DNA of 64,000 nt, taken from the sequence record SRR20825010_2279. One strand, 5' to 3'. The notes below the pieces were generated by a model. That model did not search any database. It worked only from the letters and a program-made list of their open reading frames with translations, and had not been told where the DNA came from. Every line of letters begins with the position of its first letter. Positions within the stretch are counted from its first letter, which is position 1. Both the position numbers and the translations under genes were made by a program. Below, in pieces: positions 32,747 to 40,128 of the stretch.

Positions 32747-33133
32747 ATGGAAAAACAAATCATATATAATTCAAATCTACATTTTGAAAACGAAATTTGG
32801 AGGCGCGAACTCTTCTTTTGGCAGGATGAACTCATTATTTTCAATAACAGGCTTAGTGAACTGGTTACTAGGTGGACCAAAAAAGAGGTATTAAAACAAT
32901 TGGACCACTTTCAGAACGAATTTATCCTACATGGCGGAGTAATTGAGGATTTATTGGAAGAAATGGAAATCCATGAAACCCTTATGGCCGATCAAGATTT
33001 GTTGTCACATGATGCCATGGATGCAATGATGGTAAAAAAACATATGAAATTTCGAAAAAAAATGGAGATACAGGAAGAAATCTATACAGATCTTAAAAAG
33101 GAATTCTTTCGTTTTTTGACCAAGTACCTATAA
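32747..33133 (+). CDS. Conserved helical protein, possibly hemerythrin-like; paralog of 36138-36533
   Basis: LHFENEIW...FWQDE...H...HE...H pattern. Confidence 0.65.
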   Translation: MEKQIIYNSNLHFENEIWRRELFFWQDELIIFNNRLSELVTRWTKKEVLKQLDHFQNEFILHGGVIEDLLEEMEIHETLMADQDLLSHDAMDAMMVKKHMKFRKKMEIQEEIYTDLKKEFFRFLTKYL

Positions 33134-33138
33134 GTTTT

Positions 33139-34821
33139 ATGTTTGGTATAAAATTTCCACAAAAACAAAATCTTAAAAGATACAACTCCCTATTTGTAGT
33201 ACTGACCAAATATGGGTTTGAAGATGTAATGGCCAGTAGCAGGGCAAGAAAATTCATCCCTAAAAATTACCTTTTAAAGCACCCTGATACGGCAAATAAA
33301 TTATCAGAATCCACTTTTGAACGTATCCGCATGGTACTTGAGGAATTGGGTCCTTCCTATGTAAAGTTGGGGCAAATTATGAGCAACCGGGACGATATGT
33401 TGCCACCGGACCTGGTTAAGGAGCTAGAAAAACTACAGGACCACGCTCCTCCCCTACAGAATTTTGACGTAGAAAAAGTTTTATCACAAGAACTCGGTAT
33501 CGACTGCTCCCAGCACTTTTCTTCCATTGATCCCAAACCTTTGGCGGCGGCCTCCTTGGCCCAAGTTCATAAAGCGCAGCTACTTAATGGGGATTGGGTT
33601 GTGTTAAAAATACAACGCCCCAATATAGCCGAAGTCATTGCTTCTGATATTTCCATTATGAAGGAAGTTGCGGAAGCTATGGAAAAATATAGCACACAGG
33701 TCAAGGCCTTTCAGCCATTAAAGTTGGTGGAGTCCTTTGAAAAAAGCGTCAACGAAGAACTTAGTTTTCTTAGGGAAATGGACAATATGGAACATTTCGC
33801 CAAAAATTTTAAGGGCAACGAGGCTATCTATGTCCCTCTTCTATATCGGGAATTGAGCAATGACCGCATAATATGTATGGAATGGGTAGACGGAATAAAG
33901 GTTTCCCAACTGGAGAAATTAAAAGAAAGCAACATTGATTCCCGCGCCGTTGCCAAAGTTGGGGTAGATCTATATTTGGAACAGGTTTTGGAACATGGTT
34001 TTTTTCATGCCGACCCACACCCTGGAAATCTATTTGTGTTACCCGAGATCCAAAAAATCTGCTTTATAGATTTTGGCATGATGGGTACCATTATGCCCAA
34101 TGACAAGGAAGCACTTATAGAACTACTGCTTTGTTTTTTGAAAAAAGATGTAAGGAAATTAATTCCCGTCCTAAAAAAGATAGCCTTAAAAACTGACATC
34201 CCGGATGAAAAAAAACTGGAGTATGATTTGTACGAATTGGTTGAAGGTATAAGTAATACATCTATCCGTAACATTAAACTTGGGATTACCTTAAAACAGT
34301 TCAAAAATGTTCTTTACGAGAATAAGATTACTATACCGCATTACCTATATATCCTTATAAGGGCCCTGGTAATAATTGAAGGTGTAGGCCTAAAATTGGA
34401 TCCTGAATTCAACATAACGGATAATCTACAACCCTATATGGCCAAGATAACCCGTAAAAGATTTGGCCTAAAGCGACTTTTTCAAAAGAACCTGAATAGA
34501 TTTCAGGATTACAATGCGCTGTTGGATAAATTGCCGACCGACATTAATGAAATAGTAGATAAGATTAAAGATGGAAAATTGGTTATTGTACATGAGCACA
34601 AAGGTCTGGACGATTTTAGAAAGTCTCTGAAAACTGCATTTAACCGTTTGGTCTACGCGGTTATTATTGCCGCCCTCTCCATTGGCTCTGCCCTTTTGGT
34701 AATGGCCGATATGCCTCCAAAGATTAGCGGAATACCCTTATTGGGCGCAATAGGTTTTAGTCTTTCCGCCATTATTGGATTGGTTATTCTAATCTCAATT
34801 TATAGGAATAAGGAAGAGTAA
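33139..34821 (+). CDS. ABC1/AarF/UbiB-family atypical kinase with C-terminal TMs
   Basis: LGPSYVKLGQ, AAASLAQVH, FFHADPHPGN, DFGMMG. Confidence 0.9.
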   Translation: MFGIKFPQKQNLKRYNSLFVVLTKYGFEDVMASSRARKFIPKNYLLKHPDTANKLSESTFERIRMVLEELGPSYVKLGQIMSNRDDMLPPDLVKELEKLQDHAPPLQNFDVEKVLSQELGIDCSQHFSSIDPKPLAAASLAQVHKAQLLNGDWVVLKIQRPNIAEVIASDISIMKEVAEAMEKYSTQVKAFQPLKLVESFEKSVNEELSFLREMDNMEHFAKNFKGNEAIYVPLLYRELSNDRIICMEWVDGIKVSQLEKLKESNIDSRAVAKVGVDLYLEQVLEHGFFHADPHPGNLFVLPEIQKICFIDFGMMGTIMPNDKEALIELLLCFLKKDVRKLIPVLKKIALKTDIPDEKKLEYDLYELVEGISNTSIRNIKLGITLKQFKNVLYENKITIPHYLYILIRALVIIEGVGLKLDPEFNITDNLQPYMAKITRKRFGLKRLFQKNLNRFQDYNALLDKLPTDINEIVDKIKDGKLVIVHEHKGLDDFRKSLKTAFNRLVYAVIIAALSIGSALLVMADMPPKISGIPLLGAIGFSLSAIIGLVILISIYRNKEE

Positions 34822-34959
34822 ACCTTATGCCATTTCTTCCATTAGTTGGTGACAGAATGGGCAAAACTTTAAGTGAACATTTTATAAATACAGTTCGGAA
34901 TCATTATCTTTATTCCTAATTGTATTTTTCATAGCATTGTCCAAAATAATATCCAAAAA

Positions 34960-35724
34960 ATGAGAATAATTTCATGGAATGTCAACGGCATTAGGGCCGT
35001 TGCCAAAAAAGATTTTTTCGAATCCATAAATAAAATGGCGCCTGATATTCTATGTCTTCAAGAGACCAAGGCCCAGGACCATGAGGTTGAGGAAACACTT
35101 TCGGATATGGAACATTATACCATGCATTACAATTCTGCCGATAAGAAGGGATATTCCGGTACAGCGCTACTGAGCAAAACAGAACCTCTTGCCGTAACCA
35201 AAGATATGCAGGTATCGGAGCACGATAGCGAAGGTAGAATACAGTGTGCGGAGTATAATGATTTTTATTTGGTAAATGTCTACGTGCCCAATTCCGGACA
35301 GCAATTGGACCGTCTGGACTACCGTAAGCAATGGGATGCCGATTTTCTGAAATACCTAAAAAACCTTGAAAAGACAAAACCTGTAATTGCTTGCGGGGAT
35401 TTTAACGTGGCCCATAGGGCAATAGACCTTAAGAACGATAAAAGCAACTATAACAAAACTGCAGGATACACCCAAATTGAAATTGACGGAATGGACAATT
35501 TTATCAAATCTGGTTTTGTGGATTCGTTTCGGCATTTTCATCCAGATACCGTGGCATATACCTATTGGAGCTATCGCTTCAAGTCCAGGGAAAGAAATAC
35601 CGGCTGGCGTATAGATTATTTCCTGGTAAGCAAGTCTTTGGTAGATCGTATAAAATCTGTAGATATCCTATCGGATTATTTTGGTTCCGACCACTGCCCC
35701 ATCTCTTTGGACATCGAATTCTAA
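34960..35724 (+). CDS. xth: Exodeoxyribonuclease III
   Basis: SWNVNGIRA, LQETK, GDFNVAH, GWRIDY, SDHCP. Confidence 0.95.
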   Translation: MRIISWNVNGIRAVAKKDFFESINKMAPDILCLQETKAQDHEVEETLSDMEHYTMHYNSADKKGYSGTALLSKTEPLAVTKDMQVSEHDSEGRIQCAEYNDFYLVNVYVPNSGQQLDRLDYRKQWDADFLKYLKNLEKTKPVIACGDFNVAHRAIDLKNDKSNYNKTAGYTQIEIDGMDNFIKSGFVDSFRHFHPDTVAYTYWSYRFKSRERNTGWRIDYFLVSKSLVDRIKSVDILSDYFGSDHCPISLDIEF

Positions 35725-36086
35725 AAAGATCCGTAGTGCCCTATGTATTCCTGTAGGACGCTAATCTGAAAATCTCCTACGACCTGGAGTTCAGAGTCGG
35801 CGTTCATAAGTACCAAACCATAGGCCAAATGCGACAACTTGCAGTCGCTCACAACTTGCTTTTGGATTCCGGTGAATACCGGCCTAAAATGTTGGTCCAT
35901 ATCCAAACCTGAAGATTTCCCTACGGTCATGGCCTTGACCACAGCTTCCGTAATTTGTGTGGGCGATAAACCTTGTTCCAACAAATCACTGGCCAGATGC
36001 TTCAACCGAAAGCTATAGTAGAATTCCAAAAAATTGGCAATACTATCCATTTTCTTATTTTCCGAAGTGTAAATTGAAATTTCCAT
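35721..36086 (-). CDS. Hypothetical protein resembling the Bro-N/DinD N-terminal domain
   Basis: KA...SG..MDQHF...DCKLSHLAYGLVLMNAD resembles the DinD pattern SG...DHF...D..LSRYACYLI.QNGD. Confidence 0.5.
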   Translation of the reverse strand: MEISIYTSENKKMDSIANFLEFYYSFRLKHLASDLLEQGLSPTQITEAVVKAMTVGKSSGLDMDQHFRPVFTGIQKQVVSDCKLSHLAYGLVLMNADSELQVVGDFQISVLQEYIGHYGSF

Positions 36087-36137
36087 AACTTTCAGTTCTT
36101 TATTCTACTTTCAACTTTTCATGGCGCTAAGGTATAA

Positions 36138-36533
36138 TCACAGTTTCTTAGCGTACCCAAAAACCATTTTTTTGAATTCCATAAAGTCTTTGGTAAACAA
36201 ATCCATTTGGTCCCTGATATTTGAATGTTTTTCCCGGAAATCCTGATCGGATAGTCCTTTTTCCCCTTTTATTAATCGGGACAATAGCTTTTCATGTTCC
36301 ACTATATCTGCCGCCAAATAATCAAATAAGGTTTCATGGATCTTGTCCAGATATTGTAACATCTGTCCGTATTCCGAAGCTTTTACCTGTTCCTTATCCA
36401 GCAAATCCGTAAAGAACCTGGCTTCATCCTTCCAAAAGGCAATGATGTTCAACCATTCCCTACTTTCCTTGTGTAAGGCATCCAGCCCTTCACCTATCAA
36501 TATTTCTTTTTTTGACTTTGGTCCAGTGCTCAT
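36138..36533 (-). CDS. Conserved helical protein, paralog of 32747-33133
   Basis: LHKESREW...FWKDE...H...HE...H pattern. Confidence 0.65.
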   Translation of the reverse strand: MSTGPKSKKEILIGEGLDALHKESREWLNIIAFWKDEARFFTDLLDKEQVKASEYGQMLQYLDKIHETLFDYLAADIVEHEKLLSRLIKGEKGLSDQDFREKHSNIRDQMDLFTKDFMEFKKMVFGYAKKL

Positions 36534-36560
36534 AGTTCCATAAATTAAAATTCCCAGTTG

Positions 36561-37328
36561 TTAGTCCAAATATCTTTTGATGAAGCTGGTCCTTAGACTT
36601 TTTCTTGCAGTCTTCAAAAGCGATTCTATTTCTTGAACGGTACTATTGTGTATTTTGGCAATTTCCGCTATACCAAATTGATGTTGCGTAAATAGTTCAA
36701 ATACCCTTCGCATTTGTTTGGGCATATGATATAGGACCATTTCCGAGTGATTTCTAATGTTCTCCGCTCCCAACTCCTTATCCAATTGGAGTAATACTTT
36801 TTGATCGTCATCCCCAACAAAAATATGGTTTAGTACATAGTCATCCTTGGCATAGGAAATATCATCCAATTCTTCGTTCATAATTAAATCCCCGTCTCCA
36901 TCCGTAGTGAATTTTTCCTGCATGCTTTCCCATTCAGGTTGCGAATAAGTATCTATATTTTCAAGGAACAAGGCATCAAATTCTTCCTCCACAAAGATTG
37001 TCTCCAGCAATTCATCCACTTTCTTGAACATCCATGCATGCAGTTCATTTTTATTATTTATCTCATCCAAATGGTCATATACCTCTATAAAAAGCTGATC
37101 AATAATATCGTCCGCCTTATACCTGTTCCTATCTATCTTACCCTTTACCACGGCACGGTTGAGATTTTTTTGGACATATCGCCTCACTTCAGGCATGGTC
37201 TTTAACAATAACTGATTGAATGCCTTAAGGTCTCCCTCCTTTTTTAACCGTATTAAATCAGAAAAGGAATTGGCTACAAACACATGAAACTCCCTTTGAC
37301 TTTGAAATATATTTACTGACTCTTTCAT
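36561..37328 (-). CDS. Divergent ECF-like sigma-70 family protein
   Basis: Sigma2-like ADDIIDQLFIEVY...HAWMF; sigma4-like MPKQMRRVFELF...IAEIAKI...ARKSLR; acidic linker. Confidence 0.65.
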   Translation of the reverse strand: MKESVNIFQSQREFHVFVANSFSDLIRLKKEGDLKAFNQLLLKTMPEVRRYVQKNLNRAVVKGKIDRNRYKADDIIDQLFIEVYDHLDEINNKNELHAWMFKKVDELLETIFVEEEFDALFLENIDTYSQPEWESMQEKFTTDGDGDLIMNEELDDISYAKDDYVLNHIFVGDDDQKVLLQLDKELGAENIRNHSEMVLYHMPKQMRRVFELFTQHQFGIAEIAKIHNSTVQEIESLLKTARKSLRTSFIKRYLD

Positions 37329-37393
37329 ACCTAATATTATTATATTTTAAATTGATATACTCCAAAAATGCCAACTTCCTTCATCTAAAAAAA

Positions 37394-37405
37394 TGATTTA
37401 AATCA
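37394..37405. promoter_or_regulatory. Perfect palindrome TGAT-TTAA-ATCA upstream of the sigma-like operon
   Basis: ATGATTTAAATCAT; minus CATTTTTG at 37370-37363, 23 bp away. Confidence 0.8.
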
Positions 37406-37466
37406 TCTATCCCGAATCCATCCTGATAAATAAATCTTGGTTGTAATCCTAGAAGTGCCCTAGTAC

Positions 37467-37958
37467 TTAACCTAATTTCTCCAACTTTTCCTCTATCAGC
37501 TGCGTTTGCTGGAAAGTGTGGCGAACCAAAAGAAGTAAGTGTCCTTTTTTTAATGCTTTGAGATAAAAATTAACCTTATCCTCCGTTATGCCCAATCCCC
37601 TTAAAATTCCATACGGTCCGGCCGACATAGATCCCAGTGGTCTTCCCGATATATCAAATAGGAATTGGGAGGCCAAGGCTCCTGCAATAAAGAGGGTTCC
37701 AAACTCTGTATGGGGAAATACTCCAAAATTTACCTTTTCTTTTAAAACCTTATTCCAATAAGCGTTCAACTCCGATTCTTGATCAAAATCCCAGTTGCCT
37801 TTGGCATCAAGATTGTTTCCAAGCTTTCCCAGGACAGATATTTGCGGTCTTTCTATATCTTCATCAAGAATAATTTCAATGGCCTTACGCAACATCTTTA
37901 AATGCTCATAATCCCTCAAAATAAAATTATACACCGCTTTATTGACCCTAGTATTCAT
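37467..37958 (-). CDS. Hypothetical protein, general-stress-protein (YflT/17M)-like
   Basis: GTLFIAGALAS...LRGLGITEDKVNFYLKALKKGHLLLLVR; start MNTRVN at 37958 fits the promoter position. Confidence 0.55.
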   Translation of the reverse strand: MNTRVNKAVYNFILRDYEHLKMLRKAIEIILDEDIERPQISVLGKLGNNLDAKGNWDFDQESELNAYWNKVLKEKVNFGVFPHTEFGTLFIAGALASQFLFDISGRPLGSMSAGPYGILRGLGITEDKVNFYLKALKKGHLLLLVRHTFQQTQLIEEKLEKLG

Positions 37959-38036
37959 TTGACACAAAAATGATGAAATGGCTAGGTTGGTATATTCGTC
38001 CATCCCTAATTTAAGAACTAATGACTGCAAATGATA

Positions 38037-38048
38037 TGATTTATATCA
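38037..38048. promoter_or_regulatory. Palindrome TGAT-TTAT-ATCA serving divergent genes
   Basis: Plus TATTTTTG at 38072 and minus TAAATTAG at 38013-38006, both 23 bp away. Confidence 0.85.
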
Positions 38049-38122
38049 TTTACAAAGCATTTTAATAGACTTATTTTTGAGTATCATTTTAAAATATGTA
38101 ATAATCAAAAAAATCAGTAATC

Positions 38123-38452
38123 ATGACAAACAACGACGGAAATATTCTTTTAGCTTTATTGACAGGTGCTGCCATAGGTGCAGGTATTGGAATTCTATAT
38201 GCGCCGGATAAGGGCATAGAGACCCGGCATAAAATAAAGCAAAAGGTGGGGGAAACTACCCACGACCTAACAGATAGAATCTCCCATGCCAAGGAAGAGC
38301 TTACCAAAACTGCCAATGAAAAAAAAGATGCCTTTGACCGAAAACTGGACGAAGCCATCTCCACTATGAGCTATAAGGCAGATGACATTATTGCTACCTT
38401 GGAGCGCAAATTGGAAGACTTAAAAAAGAAAAACGCCCAATTTCAAAAATAA
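38123..38452 (+). CDS. YtxH-domain protein
   Basis: LLTGAAIGAGIGILYAPDKGIETR signature followed by a coiled coil. Confidence 0.88.
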   Translation: MTNNDGNILLALLTGAAIGAGIGILYAPDKGIETRHKIKQKVGETTHDLTDRISHAKEELTKTANEKKDAFDRKLDEAISTMSYKADDIIATLERKLEDLKKKNAQFQK

Positions 38453-38458
38453 GGTAGT

Positions 38459-38803
38459 ATGGCCTTGGAAGAACTTAAGAGAGACCTTACAGAAGCAGAA
38501 GCCGATGTAAGGTCTTATCTAGAAAATAGCGAGGAGTATGCCAAGCTAAAAATATTTAAAGTACTTATGGAGCTTGTGACCATATTTGCGCAAACCCTTT
38601 TAATTGGGGCCTTGGCCCTACTTGCATTGGTTTTGTTATCATGGGCCGCATCCAATGCTCTGAACGAAGCCTTGGAAAGTGCTTACCTTGGGTATTTACT
38701 GATTGGTATGAGCTATGTACTAATAGCTGTTATCTGTTATTTTCTTAGGAACAGGCTCAATGGGCCAGTACTACGTACATTTTCCAAACATTATTTTGAT
38801 TAA
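38459..38803 (+). CDS. Two-TM membrane protein (YqjE/phage-holin-like family)
   Basis: EYAKLK followed by two TM helices; typical ytxH neighbour. Confidence 0.6.
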   Translation: MALEELKRDLTEAEADVRSYLENSEEYAKLKIFKVLMELVTIFAQTLLIGALALLALVLLSWAASNALNEALESAYLGYLLIGMSYVLIAVICYFLRNRLNGPVLRTFSKHYFD

Positions 38804-38807
38804 GACT

Positions 38808-39026
38808 ATGGGGAAGCAATACAACTCTTTTAAAGAAATTGATGAAAGGCTAATGGTTTTGAAATTACAGCGCAAAATTGAAATTGAAAGCCTCAAACTT
38901 AATATCAACCAGGTTAAGGCAAATCTAAGACCACTGCAATTGGCAGGAAACCTTAAAGGTAGCATACAACAAATGCTATTGATCTATGCTATTAGGAAGC
39001 TAAAGTCCATATTTAGCAGAAGGTAA
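38808..39026 (+). CDS. Small conserved protein (DUF6327-like)
   Basis: YNSFKEIDERLMVLKLQRKIE; ATG 4 nt after the upstream stop. Confidence 0.6.
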   Translation: MGKQYNSFKEIDERLMVLKLQRKIEIESLKLNINQVKANLRPLQLAGNLKGSIQQMLLIYAIRKLKSIFSRR

Positions 39027-39060
39027 CATCGTATTTTTTAGCTAATCCCCCATGCCAATC

Positions 39061-40128
39061 TTAAAAATCCGCTACCTCCCTAAGCCCCTTTTCATTTAAA
39101 ATAATGATCCTTCTTCCATGATCGGTGGCGATCAGGCCTTCGTTCTTAAAATCCGTTAAGGTACGGATAGCGGTTTCCGTTGCGGTACCGATCATACCGG
39201 CGAAATCCTCCCTCGGTATTCCTATTCCCCCATTGGGTCTGTCCTGTATAACTTGTTTATCATAAAGTTCCAACAGGGCCTTTGCAGCCCTTTGCCTTAC
39301 CGAGGCAAATGCCATATCCACCAATTGTTCCTGCAGATGCATAAGATTATTCGATATCATTCCAATAAATTTCTGTGAAACTACAGAGTTGCCATAAATT
39401 AATTTGGTAAAATCCTTCCTAGGTATGGCGCACATTTCGGCATCTTCCAACACAGTAGCATTTTCAACATAAACTTTATTGGAATTCAATAGGGAAAGTT
39501 GCCCAACAAAATCCCCAGGGCCAAATATTCCTGTTACAAATTCCTTTCCGGATTCCGTGCTTTTATAGGTCTTAACACTGCCTTGTTCAATGAAATACAA
39601 AGAATTTGCGTTATCACCTTCCCAGAAAATTATATCCTTTTTATTGTATTTCTTTAGGGGGTAATCCTTGGAAAGACTCTTCATATCAACGTATTGGGAG
39701 GCCTCGTCCAGGAATTTACTTAGGCCTTCCATGTTTTTGGCAATCTCCTTTTTAAGAAAGTCGCTCTTTCGTAATCGGGAGGAAATAGCTTCCAGCAATT
39801 CCTTTTCCTCAAATGGCTTGGTGAGATAATCGTCCGCCCCCAAATTCATTCCCAGTCTCACCTCTGCCCTATCGGTTTTTGCCGTCAAAAATATAAAGGG
39901 TATGCTAGCGGTTGTACTGTTTTTGCCCAATATTTCCAATACCCCATATCCGTCCAGTTCAGGCATCATTATATCGCATATGATTACGTCTGGCCTAAAT
40001 TTTTCCGCAAGTTCTACCCCAATTTTTCCATTCTCGGCGGTAGCTACCTCGTAATTGGCCAATTCCAATATGTCTGCTGTATTTTCCCTTACATCCTTGT
40101 TATCTTCAATTAATAGAATTCTTTTCAT
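39061..40128 (-). CDS. Response regulator: receiver + cNMP-like domain + Crp/Fnr HTH
   Basis: ILLIEDN, DIMMPELDG (phospho-Asp), KPF; C-terminal REDFAGMIGTATETAIRTL HTH; start 40128 or 40134. Confidence 0.92.
   Translation of the reverse strand: MKRILLIEDNKDVRENTADILELANYEVATAENGKIGVELAEKFRPDVIICDIMMPELDGYGVLEILGKNSTTASIPFIFLTAKTDRAEVRLGMNLGADDYLTKPFEEKELLEAISSRLRKSDFLKKEIAKNMEGLSKFLDEASQYVDMKSLSKDYPLKKYNKKDIIFWEGDNANSLYFIEQGSVKTYKSTESGKEFVTGIFGPGDFVGQLSLLNSNKVYVENATVLEDAEMCAIPRKDFTKLIYGNSVVSQKFIGMISNNLMHLQEQLVDMAFASVRQRAAKALLELYDKQVIQDRPNGGIGIPREDFAGMIGTATETAIRTLTDFKNEGLIATDHGRRIIILNEKGLREVADF

Noticed and set aside
34870-34912. xth (and upp) as direct regulon members
   Set aside because: A -7-like TATCTTTA is present at 34905 but there is no palindrome 23 bp upstream; probably housekeeping genes embedded in the island.
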